Shown here piece after piece: positions 18,168-28,300 of a stretch of 64,000 nt of DNA. Origin of the DNA: Nanobdellota archaeon (GTDB lineage Archaea > Nanobdellota > Nanobdellia > Woesearchaeales > WJKV01); contig JAGLWF010000002.1 of NCBI GenBank assembly GCA_023133595.1, positions 4,905-68,904 of the forward strand, written 5' to 3'. The notes below the pieces were generated by a model. The model was not told where the DNA came from, did not search any database, and was given only the letters and a program-made list of their open reading frames with translations. How positions within the stretch are numbered: the first letter of the stretch is position 1; each line of letters begins with the position of its first letter. The position numbers and the translations under genes were made by a program.

Positions 18168-18941
18168 TTACCATCTCCTCCATGGGGCATCCCCTTTTTT
18201 CCATAAATGATCCAGTTTTTGGGCATCTTTAAATGTGTTCATGCACTCCCAAAAACCATCGTGTTTAAAGACACCTATTTTCTTGTCTCTAACTAATTCT
18301 TCAAATGTTTCCCTTTCCAGATCATATCCTTCCTTGATATAATCAAATACTTTCCTGTTCATTACAAAAAATCCTCCATTGATCCAGTCTTTCATTCGAG
18401 GTTTTTCTTTGAATTGTGTTATCTTATTATCATTGTCAATTTCAAAAACTCCAAATTGGGAAATAGGTTTTATTGCTGTAAGAGTAATGATATTTCCAGT
18501 ATTTCTATGCTGGTATAACAATTCATTTATATTTACATCAGACAAATCATCACCATAAGCTAAAAAAAATTCATCTTCAGTTATGTGTTCTCTTACTTTC
18601 TTTAATCTTTCTGCTTTATTGCTTTTAAGGCCTGTTTCTACAAAAGTTATATTCCATTTTTCCATATTATTATTATGTACTTTTATGTTCTCAGCTTCAG
18701 AACCAAAATTAAGTGTAAAATCACTATTTTTTAAACTATTATAATTCAAGAAATACTCTTTGATTAAATGTCCTTTATATCCTAAGCATAGTATAAAATC
18801 ATTATATCCGTAACTCGCATATATTTTCATAATATGCCATATAATGGGCTTATCGCCTATTTCAATAAGAGCCTTGGGTATACTTTCTGTATGCTCTCTG
18901 ATCCGGGTTCCTTCCCCCCCACATAATATTGCTACTTTCAT
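18168..18941 (-). CDS. rfbF: Glucose-1-phosphate cytidylyltransferase
   Basis: ILCGG.GTRI.E.T..IPK, WHIMK.Y, INGGFFV and H.GFW.CM.T motifs; adjacent to the rfbG-like gene. Confidence 0.88.
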   Translation of the reverse strand: MKVAILCGGEGTRIREHTESIPKALIEIGDKPIIWHIMKIYASYGYNDFILCLGYKGHLIKEYFLNYNSLKNSDFTLNFGSEAENIKVHNNNMEKWNITFVETGLKSNKAERLKKVREHITEDEFFLAYGDDLSDVNINELLYQHRNTGNIITLTAIKPISQFGVFEIDNDNKITQFKEKPRMKDWINGGFFVMNRKVFDYIKEGYDLERETFEELVRDKKIGVFKHDGFWECMNTFKDAQKLDHLWKKGDAPWRRW

Positions 18942-19038
18942 TAGTCGCTCCACGAGATATAAGTACTAATGCCCTGAAAATTTACTGCAATATATAAATA
19001 TTCTGTTTAGAATTGAATAGAAAAAAAGAATAGAAAAT

Positions 19039-19491
19039 CTATTCTAACAGCAACTCTGCCCTTTTAGCATCATAGTACCAGTCTGCGTCAAGAACACCAG
19101 TTCTCTTATAGTACTTCATCAGCCTCTTGATCTTGGATTCTGTCAGTGTCAGACCGCGTTTTGCTGTCTGGTCTCTCTTAGAAGTGCTGATATGTTTTCT
19201 GATAGCAATCGCTTTCTCGATCAAAGAAATAAAATCTTCTGGTAGTTTTTTTGCAATCTTTTTCTCTTTCAGAATAGAATTAACTTTTTTTCCTGTGATC
19301 GCTTTTACACTCGGAACACCGTAAGCGTCTCGAAGATGCAATCCGATCTGGCTTGATGCCATGCCTTGTTTTGCAAGTTTCACAACAAGCATCTCCATCT
19401 CTTTCTGCTTAAAGCTAACCCATGTAGGTTTCTGCTTTAAAGGTTTCTTAGAACCAGCTTTTCCCTTATCTCTTGAATGCATACGTGCCAT
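19039..19491 (-). CDS. rps15: 30S ribosomal protein S15 (archaeal S15P/S13e)
   Basis: MARMHSR..GK.GS.KP, LRD.YG.P and ESKI.RL..YYK. Confidence 0.97.
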   Translation of the reverse strand: MARMHSRDKGKAGSKKPLKQKPTWVSFKQKEMEMLVVKLAKQGMASSQIGLHLRDAYGVPSVKAITGKKVNSILKEKKIAKKLPEDFISLIEKAIAIRKHISTSKRDQTAKRGLTLTESKIKRLMKYYKRTGVLDADWYYDAKRAELLLE

Positions 19492-19736
19492 TTTTGTCCT
19501 CCTGTAAGACCCAGCTATACACCGAATCTTCCCTCAGATACTCCATAGAAACGGCATTTCCTTTATAAAGGTTTGTATATGATATTTATAAATCGATTTT
19601 AGTTCGCCACCTAAGAGTAGTAGCTATACGAAAGGTTTAAATACTGCCTGCGTCTCCATTACTATCTTAGAAGGACAACATGAGAGATTTTGTGATAGGT
19701 GCTTGGTGATAGCACACACGTGGAGGCTTTATAAAA

Positions 19737-20534
19737 ATGATCGTAGAAACAGCGTTTTTAGACAAACTCAAACAATTCGGCTTAAACAGCTACCAAGCAA
19801 AACTATGGACAGCATTATTATCAAGAGGTGTTGCAACTGCAGGTGAATTATCTGATATTTCTAATGTTCCAAGATCAAGAGCCTACGATGTTCTTGAAAG
19901 TTTAGAGAAAAAAGGTTTCATAATCATGAAGATCGGCAAACCGATCAAATACATTGCTGTGCCACCAGCTGAAGTGGTCAAAAGAGTACAGAACAGAATA
20001 AAGACAGATGCTGACAAACAGACAGAACAGATCGAATCATTGAAAGCGAGCGAAACCATGAATGAGCTTCAACTGCTGCACACACAAGGCATTGAGAAGG
20101 TCGATCCTACTGAAATGACAGCTTCTATCAAAGGAAGAAATAATCTTTACGAGCATCTTTCTGATATGCTTGACAGAGCAGGAAAAAGTGTTGTGATCTG
20201 CACAACCTCACAGGGTCTTGTGCGGAAAGCAGATGCTTTGAAACGTAACTTCAAGCAGTTGAAACGAAAAGGTGTGAAGATAAGGATCGCAGCTCCTATG
20301 GATGATACTTCAAAACCTGTTGCAAAAGAACTTGCACAGTTCGGAGAAGTGCGAAATTCCAATATGGATGCAAGATTCGTCCTTATTGACGGAAAAGAAC
20401 TTACATTCATGCTTGTTGATGACAAGGATGTGAATGCAAGCTATGATACAGGGATCAAGGTACAATCAGATTTCTTTGTTAATTCATTCCAGAACATGTT
20501 TGATGTCCACTGGAAAGCTATGAAAAAGATATGA
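19737..20534 (+). CDS. TrmB family transcriptional regulator
   Basis: GL..Y.AK, VPRSRAYDVL.SLE.KG HTH plus effector domain. Confidence 0.92.
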   Translation: MIVETAFLDKLKQFGLNSYQAKLWTALLSRGVATAGELSDISNVPRSRAYDVLESLEKKGFIIMKIGKPIKYIAVPPAEVVKRVQNRIKTDADKQTEQIESLKASETMNELQLLHTQGIEKVDPTEMTASIKGRNNLYEHLSDMLDRAGKSVVICTTSQGLVRKADALKRNFKQLKRKGVKIRIAAPMDDTSKPVAKELAQFGEVRNSNMDARFVLIDGKELTFMLVDDKDVNASYDTGIKVQSDFFVNSFQNMFDVHWKAMKKI

Positions 20535-20547
20535 GGTGGAAGATAAA

Positions 20548-20670
20548 ATGAATGATAATTGTGATGGATGCGGTGCAGTACGGATTGTCAAGCGCGGTTA
20601 CTGCAAAAGATGCCGGATGGACGGTACAGTTCTAGCTGCAGAAGCAAGTATTGCAGAAGCTTCTGCTTGA
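20548..20670 (+). CDS. 40-aa Zn-finger microprotein (not in ORF track)
   Basis: GAGGTG SD; MNDNCDGCGAVRIVKRGYCKRCRMDGTVLAAEASIAEASA with two CxxC. Confidence 0.65.
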   Translation: MNDNCDGCGAVRIVKRGYCKRCRMDGTVLAAEASIAEASA

Positions 20671-20672
20671 TC

Positions 20673-20735
20673 TTATTTCTTCTTTATCAGATTCTCGCCA
20701 GTCATCTCTTTTGGTTTTTCTATGCCTAAAAGGAA
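20673..20735. repeat. 63-bp direct repeat (duplicate of the gpmI 3' end), att-like
   Basis: Identical to 21966-22028. Confidence 0.95.
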
Positions 20736-20842
20736 TATATGCAAAAAACAGCTATTCTTATTTTTAATAGTTAATAAAGTATAGGACTTTATTAATTTGA
20801 GAATTTATTTTGCACAAACAAAATTTTCTGAGAGGAGAATAA

Positions 20843-21850
20843 CTACAAGAAAAGGTTCCAGTATGTTTCAGTCAGTTCTTTTGTTGAGAATTCAACTAAA
20901 TCCTTATAATGTTTCACGCTGCTGTCTTCTAAATTAGCTTTGTCAGCAACACTTAAAAACTGAATATATTCTGTTCTATTCCTGTTTCTAAAGATTAAAG
21001 GAGGATAATTGTTATTCATTAAGATATGGTTCATCAACATTCTTCCTGTTCTTCCGTTTCCGTCCATAAATGGATGTATTTTTTCAAACTTATGATGAAA
21101 CAAAACAGCTAAAACAAAAGGATGCAGCTTATTTTTGTTTTCATTATGCCACTTTAACAACAAGTTCATGTCAGTTAAAACATATTGTGCTGGAGAAGAT
21201 TTGAATCTGCTCCTGAAAACTCTTACATCCTCTTTTCTGTATCCTTTTCTATCATCAATTCTTTCAAGCAGATCATCATGAATTTTAGATATTAATTCAT
21301 GATTTAATACTTTATTGGGATTCTCAATTAAATCGAGGAATACTTTTTCTGTGTTCTGCAAATCATAAATCTCCCTTACTGTTCTATTTTTAGGAGTTCT
21401 GTTTTCAAGCAATAGCTTTTCTGCTTCTTTTAATGTGATCGTATTTCCTTCTATAGATGTTGTGTTAAATGCAAATTCTATTGTAAATGCTTCAAGAATC
21501 TCTTTTCGTGTCAATTTATGATGTTTTTTGAATACTTTATTCCAATGCAATCTGCATGCTTCTAAATTATTAAGATATTCTTTGGGTAAATAAGGATTAG
21601 ATTTAAGTTTTAAGGCCTTTATTTCATTAAGATAATTGTTTATCTCAATAAATCTATTTATTGTTCTGTAAGCTTTCCTTATTTCCTTAGAGTATTTTTT
21701 AGGTAATTTGTCTATTCGAGCTTTAAGCTTATTCGCATCATTGCCAAGATAAGCTATATCTTTGATGATTACTTTAGAGCCTTTTCTAGAGCCAGCTCTA
21801 AGATAATAATATTCCTTATCCCCTATCCTTTTTCGGTATATGTAAACCAT
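20843..21850 (-). CDS. Fic family protein
   Basis: Canonical HPFMDGNGRTGR; TSIEGNT; N-terminal basic YYYL...YLG domain. Confidence 0.93.
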   Translation of the reverse strand: MVYIYRKRIGDKEYYYLRAGSRKGSKVIIKDIAYLGNDANKLKARIDKLPKKYSKEIRKAYRTINRFIEINNYLNEIKALKLKSNPYLPKEYLNNLEACRLHWNKVFKKHHKLTRKEILEAFTIEFAFNTTSIEGNTITLKEAEKLLLENRTPKNRTVREIYDLQNTEKVFLDLIENPNKVLNHELISKIHDDLLERIDDRKGYRKEDVRVFRSRFKSSPAQYVLTDMNLLLKWHNENKNKLHPFVLAVLFHHKFEKIHPFMDGNGRTGRMLMNHILMNNNYPPLIFRNRNRTEYIQFLSVADKANLEDSSVKHYKDLVEFSTKELTETYWNLFL

Positions 21851-21965
21851 GTTGTAAGGTAATAATATCTAGTATATAAATATTACCCCTAACAATGGAA
21901 TGTATATATGTTGAGGGTAAAACTTAAAATATCAGAAATAATATGCTATTTTCTAATATCTCTTA

Positions 21966-23495
21966 TTATTTCTTCTTTATCAGATTCTCGCCAGTCATCT
22001 CTTTTGGTTTTTCTATGCCTAAAAGGAAGAGTATGGATGGTGCGACATCACCCAGTCTGCCGTCCTTCACTTTGCATTTGTAGAAATTATAGATAATAAA
22101 GTCAACAGGATTCTTTGAATGCTGTGTCAGCATGTTTCCTTCTGCATCAATCATGTATTCTGCATTGCCGTGGTCAGCTGTTATCACAGCGCAGCCATCT
22201 AATTCCTTGATCTTCTCCAGAACTTTACCCACACATTCGTCAACAACTTCCACTGATTTGATAGTCGCGTCAAAATCACCTGTATGAGCGACCATGTCTG
22301 TATTTGCATAGTTCAGGACAACAAGATCATACTTATGCATCACTTCCAGCAATTGTTCTGTGATCTTATACGCGCTCATCTCAGGAGTCTCGTCATAAGT
22401 TGCTACTTTCGGGGATGGTATCACTATCCGATCCTCGCCCGGCAACGCCTCTTCATTCTCGTCATTGAAAAAGAATGTGACATGCGCATATTTCTCAGTC
22501 TCTGCAATGCGCAGTTGTTTCATATTGCTCTTTGCAACCATAACACCTAAAATATTCTTCAATTCCTGCACATGGTACGCAACACAGACATTAGGAATAT
22601 CATTCAGTTTTGCATAATAGTCTGCAAACGGAACATATACAATATTCTTTTTCTTCCTCTCAAACTTGTCAAACACAGGATCAACTAGAGCGTGCGACAG
22701 CTGGCGCGAACGGTCATAGCGGTAATTGAACAATATAATAGAATCATTGTCCTGCATACCAGAATAGTCTCCAATGATTGTCGGTGAGATGAATTCATCC
22801 CGTTCTTTATTCTCATAAGCCATCTCCACAGCATGTTTCATTGTCTGCGCTTTCCTGCCTTCTGCATTTACAATGCAATTGTATGCTTTCTCAGTGCGTT
22901 CCCAGCGATTGTCACGGTCCATTGCAAAATATCTTCCGCATAATGTTGCAAATGTGGCATCAACTTCTAATTTTTTTATCTCTTCCTGCAGTTCTTCAAG
23001 ATATCTGTTCACTGACTTAGGCAGACTGTCCCTGCCGTCGCTGATTATGTGAAGCTTGATTTTCTTCAATCCATTTATCAGGACAAGATGAAGAAGAGCA
23101 TAGAGGTGCGTGTTCATTGCATGCACACCTTCATCCTGCAGAAGGCCTGCGATATGGAGTGTTGAGTCATGCGTTTTGCAGTTCTCGACAGCTGCAAGCA
23201 ATGCCTTGTTCCTTTCAAACTCACCGCTCTCAATCTCTTCATTGATCCCTGTCGCCATCTGTTTTACAACACGGCCGGCACCTAAATTAAGATGACCGAC
23301 TTCACTGTTTCCCTGCAGGCCAGGAGGCTGGCCAACATCAACACCAGAAGCTTTCAATTGTGAGTGCGGGCACTGTTCAAAGAGGACGTCGTGCACAGGT
23401 GTATGCGCCTGTGCAACTGCATTGCCTTCTATATCTTTAGAGATACCCCATCCATCCCGGATAATCAGAACAACTGGGCCTTTTACTAATTTCAT
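21966..23495 (-). CDS. gpmI: 2,3-bisphosphoglycerate-independent phosphoglycerate mutase (bacterial type)
   Basis: DGWG, GNSEVGH, GRYFAMDRD.RW, ETEKYAHVTFF and TADHGNAE motifs. Confidence 0.96.
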   Translation of the reverse strand: MKLVKGPVVLIIRDGWGISKDIEGNAVAQAHTPVHDVLFEQCPHSQLKASGVDVGQPPGLQGNSEVGHLNLGAGRVVKQMATGINEEIESGEFERNKALLAAVENCKTHDSTLHIAGLLQDEGVHAMNTHLYALLHLVLINGLKKIKLHIISDGRDSLPKSVNRYLEELQEEIKKLEVDATFATLCGRYFAMDRDNRWERTEKAYNCIVNAEGRKAQTMKHAVEMAYENKERDEFISPTIIGDYSGMQDNDSIILFNYRYDRSRQLSHALVDPVFDKFERKKKNIVYVPFADYYAKLNDIPNVCVAYHVQELKNILGVMVAKSNMKQLRIAETEKYAHVTFFFNDENEEALPGEDRIVIPSPKVATYDETPEMSAYKITEQLLEVMHKYDLVVLNYANTDMVAHTGDFDATIKSVEVVDECVGKVLEKIKELDGCAVITADHGNAEYMIDAEGNMLTQHSKNPVDFIIYNFYKCKVKDGRLGDVAPSILFLLGIEKPKEMTGENLIKKK

Positions 23496-24754
23496 ATTAT
23501 CCTCCTGCCTGCATATCTTGCTTTTGGCCCCAGCTGATCTTCGATACGAAGAAGCTGGTTGTACTTTGCCAATCTCTCACCCCGGCACGGAGCTCCTGCT
23601 TTTATCTGTCCGCACCCGATGCCGACTGCAAGATCTGCAATGAATGAAGAGTTTGTCTCTCCGCTTCTATGTGATACCATGACTTTCCACCTGTTTCTCA
23701 TTGCAAGAGAAGCAGCATCCAGTGTTTCTGTCAATGTGCCAATCTGGTTAGGTTTCAGCAACAATGTGTTGCACATTTTATTCTGGATCGCATTCTTTAT
23801 CCGTTCAGGATTTGTGACAAGAAGATCATCTCCCACAATATGTACTTTTCTGCCGATCTTTTTTGTCAGTTCTGCAAAATTCTTTTCATCTCTCTGATCA
23901 AACGGATCCTCGATAGAGATTATTGGATAAGTCTTGACTAATTTCCTATAATAATCTACTAATTCCCCTCCTTGATAATATTTCTTGTTAACATAGTAAC
24001 CTTTATGCGCATAATAAAATTCAGAGGCTGCTGCATCTATTGCCAGCTTAATCTTTCGTTTGTAACCCAACTTGTTCACAGCCCTCATTATCAGGCGGAA
24101 AGGCTCCTCGACATTTGACAGATTAGGTGCAAAACCACCTTCATCACCAACATTTGTAAAAGCTTTGCCGTACTTGGAAGCAATTATCTTCTTTAGCTCA
24201 TGGTAAGTTTCAGTGCCAATGCGCAATGATTCTGCAAAAGTCTTTCCAAACGGTGCGATCATATACTCCTGGAAGGATAAATCATTCTCTGCATGCTTTC
24301 CACCATTGATAATGTTCAGGAATGGAACAGGCAACAATAAACGGCCGCCGAACTTTTCATATAAAGGCACTTCTTCTATCATTGCTGACAAGCGGGCGCA
24401 CGCTAGTGAGACACCGAGAATAGAATTCGCACCAAGCTTTGACTTGTTCTTGGTACTGTCAAGATCTATCAGGATATTATCTATCTGTCTCTGGTCTTTT
24501 AGTTCAAGCCCTATCAACCGGGAATTGATTTTTGTATTGATCAGCTTGACAGCTTTCTTGACACCAAGACCGCGATACGCTTTTCCGCCATCGCGCACCT
24601 CTTTTGCTTCGTACAATCCTTTTGACGCACCTTCCGGCACTTCCTCGCGCGCGACAAATTTCCGTCTGTCAACTTTTGTCATGACATCGACTTCGATTGT
24701 AGGATTGCCGCGCGAATCCAGTATCTGGCGTGCATGAATTTTGCGGATATACAT
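23492..24754 (-). CDS. eno: Enolase
   Basis: DSRGNPT.E, GDEGG, SIEDP, VGDDL, SHRSGET and QIK.GAP.R.ER..KYN. Confidence 0.97.
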   Translation of the reverse strand: MYIRKIHARQILDSRGNPTIEVDVMTKVDRRKFVAREEVPEGASKGLYEAKEVRDGGKAYRGLGVKKAVKLINTKINSRLIGLELKDQRQIDNILIDLDSTKNKSKLGANSILGVSLACARLSAMIEEVPLYEKFGGRLLLPVPFLNIINGGKHAENDLSFQEYMIAPFGKTFAESLRIGTETYHELKKIIASKYGKAFTNVGDEGGFAPNLSNVEEPFRLIMRAVNKLGYKRKIKLAIDAAASEFYYAHKGYYVNKKYYQGGELVDYYRKLVKTYPIISIEDPFDQRDEKNFAELTKKIGRKVHIVGDDLLVTNPERIKNAIQNKMCNTLLLKPNQIGTLTETLDAASLAMRNRWKVMVSHRSGETNSSFIADLAVGIGCGQIKAGAPCRGERLAKYNQLLRIEDQLGPKARYAGRRII

Positions 24755-24818
24755 CTAGACACCTCTTTTTTGTTTGTTATGTTTTTGTTGTTTAAAAACA
24801 TTGTGATTATGAGTATGT

Positions 24819-25004
24819 GCATAGCACCAAGCGTAGCCATTGCTGCCAAGTGCAGCCTTCTGATTTTCTCATACTACATACATAGAGTCGTCTTCTAAAA
24901 CAAAAAACCAAACTAGCGGAACGCAGCAATGGCCATAAAACAGTCAAGGTTACTAGACTCGTCTTCTGGATACAATCTTTGATCAATAGCGAAGCGTGCT
25001 ATGC
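24819..25004 (+). repeat. Type A element copy 3, interrupted by nested type B copy 2 (24835-24933)
   Basis: A ends GCATAGCACCAAGCG / GAAGCGTGCTATGC enclose the B ends AGCCATTGCTGC / GCAGCAATGGC. Confidence 0.85.
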
Positions 25005-25334
25005 ACGTGTGATTATGATGGGGATAAAAAAAAGAAAAAAAAGGGGGAAAATTCCAAAGTAGAATTTTCCTTCCGACTGCTTGCCATAGTTCTGAGTGTT
25101 GAAGGCTTTTTGGGATATAGGGCCTTTACGATTCTCAAAACTATTCACAGTTGGATGAAAAGCTGCACGAGATAGCTGGCTGCTATTCGCTGGCTGCCTA
25201 CCAGTTGGCCAACTGGCTAGCACAAATTCCACCCATTCTGGAATACCCCCGAAAAATATGAGGTCATTTGCATTCTCACATCTAGTTTGTTCCCATTCTC
25301 GGGTTCGTGTTTCAACTAGTGTTTTGTATCTCAT
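24999..25334 (-). other. Possible small CDS or gene remnant resembling an internal domain of the giant protein
   Basis: ATGA overlap with the giant gene stop; shares EN...L.FFGGIP and GPISQ with giant-gene region 43850-44020. Confidence 0.4.
25025..25072 (-). terminator. Hairpin plus long U-tract, probable terminator of the giant-gene transcript
   Basis: GGAAAATTC-7 nt-GAATTTTCC stem followed on the minus strand by a T-rich tract. Confidence 0.55.
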
Positions 25335-28300
25335 TCTAACTCGACATAGAAGACGACACCCTCAGTGCCGCTATCATAGGTTCTCATTATTGCAGGCACT
25401 CTAACCTCGTAGTCTATTGCTCCGTATTGGCTAGCTGCATTATTGCTGATGTTAGTGATGAACAAGAGATCCTCCTGGTCAGAAGTGTCGTATTCACCAT
25501 CTGCACCGATATCGTCAGAATAATCCCAGACAATACCAGTGACAAATTGGCTGTTGTTCGTACTGTTGATTATAGGAACATCATCAATCTGTAAACCAGT
25601 TAAGGTGAAGGATTTTGTGAAGTTTGCAACCGAACCATTGTTGCCAGTCCATAAGATCGAGACAGAATCATTGAAATCTGTCATATTAAGGTTCGAATCA
25701 ACATCAGAGAAATCAGTTGTTGCATTGGCGCCGCTTGAATTTTTACCAAGCGCCTGCAACGTTAAAAAGTTAATGCCGCTGTCAATATCAGTGAGGTATA
25801 CAACGCCTTTTGGCGATGCGACTGTCCAGGAATACATTGTATCGCCGGATGCATCTGCCAATGATATATTGCCTGATATCTGTCCCCAGAAAATGTGGTG
25901 CGCTCTGGTGTGCAATTGTGTTGCTGCATAATTGTTTGATTCGTTATATTCTGTGATTGATCCGTTTGTTGCTGTCGGCGGATCGACAACAACTGTGATT
26001 GTCTTGTTTCCTATTGTTGCATTATATGTTATGTTCATAGTGACATTGCTGGTTGCAGAGATATTTACAGTCAAGTTTCCATTGATCTGCGTTCCGTGAG
26101 TTTCATTTCCTTCAAAGAATTGTACTATGACATCTGTCGCGTTCGTTGTTCCTAAATTGTAAATGGTCGCATTTATCGTGATATTGTCCTTCTCATTAGG
26201 ATTAGAATCATTGAACTGTATATCTGTCGCGTTCAAGGTGAGATCTATATTCGCAGCTGCTCCAGTGAAATTTATCTCAATGCTCCTGTTCTCATCACCC
26301 CAATCACTGTTATCAGACGTATCATAAGCAAGACAGTTCCAGGTGTAATTTCCATTCTGCAGGCTCAGGGTCCAGTTCGAGGAATTGCTTGTGCCGCCGA
26401 TGTTTGTTGTCTGGTTCAAGGTGAAGGAACTATTTGTCGAGTCTGTGATGTAAAGGCTGATATTGAACAAATTAATATTATCTGTCGCTGAGCAATTGAA
26501 AGGTATGTCAACAGGATCAGAAGTATCATTGTAATATGGATGCGCTGGAAGATTCAGGGTTATATTTGGATTCTCAACATCATCAAGTGTTATGTTAATG
26601 TTAATTGTTTGAGAATATTCGATCAATTCTATTGTCTCATTGCTGCTTGTTGATTTGTTTGCTGTGAAGTTTGACTGAGTGAAATATGTGAAACCAGTAC
26701 TACTCTGGTTGTATTCAACGATTTCTCTCCATCCTGTCAAACCACTTGCTTCTGTCTGAGTAGAGAAAGATTCAACCCAGGTACCAGAATTATTGAAATA
26801 ACCTTTGACAGTTGCGTCATCGATTGGATTTCCGACATTAGTTGTCACATTTCCACGCACATACCATTTTGTAGTCAGTATCGCAGTGTCGCTCATGAAA
26901 GGTTCTGACTTGTTGAAAGTGGAATTTATTGAAGTCATTAATGCGCCATTCAATAACCAGATCTCGTAATATGTTGGTATAGAATAATTTGCAGTCAATG
27001 TAGAGTTTGAAAGAGTTATATTCTGGGAATTCGGAGCATAGATTGCATAATAATTGGTATTATCGATTTTGGTATTATCTATAACAGTATTATCAACCTG
27101 GTCTATCCATATACCGTTTGTGTTAGTGTAATTAATTATAGTATCTTCTACTGTGCTATTATATCCTTGAAGCCAGAGAAGGATACCTGCACTGTTTACT
27201 CCCCATGTGTTATTGATGTTATTGTTGATGATATAGTTGAATGGTGTCTCGAGTGTAATACCATAAAGCTGGGCATCGCTGACAGAGTTGTCTATAATCG
27301 TATTGTTAATCGATCCGCCACCAACATTGTAAATAGATATTCCTCGCAGACCACCAACAACTGTATTGTTCCGGATAATGTTATTGTTTGCGTCCAAATC
27401 CAGAGCGATCATTGCAGTGCCGCCGCCGATATGCTCTACAGTATTATTCTCGACAATACTATTATTTGCAGAATCTAAGACAATTCCCCAATTGCTGTTA
27501 TTTACGATAAAATTAGAATAAATCTTAATATCTGTTCCATTTGAGATCTGGATACCACGGTCGCTGTTATTGAGAACAGTATTATTCTTTATTGTTACAT
27601 TTGTATTTACTTCGTCAAGGAAGATTCCATACAATGGATGGAATTTTGCAGTATTATTCTCGATAAGATGATTGCTATTATTACCATATAAATAAATCCC
27701 AGAGTAAGTATTATTGATTAGTGTATTATTAATTATTCTAGAATCATTGGAATCAAAAGCTACAGTTAGGCCATATATCCCGTTATAATTAATCTGGTTA
27801 TTTGTGAAATTATTGCGCAGACCAGCAGTAGAATAGATACCATAGAAGCCATTAAAGCGGATATCATTTCCATCGAACAGATTATCAGTTGTGGGTCCAG
27901 GAGTATATATTCCATAATTAGTATTGTTCCAGATTGTGTTGTCTTGGATGACATGATTAGAGATATATTCTAGATTAAGACCATTATCACCAGATTCATT
28001 TAGTGTATTGTTTATGATTCTATTGCCAGTAGAATTTCCATAAATATAGATGTTATCATCAGTGCTGTCTATAATAGTATTGTTTGTTATATTGATGTAA
28101 TTAGAATTCTGGACCACAATCCCATATAAATTATTGACAAAGATATTGTCTGTTATCAGGGAATTATTTGTGCTGTTCAGATAGAGATAACGGGAGTGAT
28201 TGATTCTGTTTCCTCGTAACACAACATTGTCCAAATCCTTAAGCAATATACCGAAAGAACCATTATTAACACCAGCCTGGCTTACTTCAGAATACTGCAT

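Noticed and set aside
19698-19716. GTGCTTGGTGATAGCAC resembling a type A end
   Set aside because: Too short, with no partner end or central motif
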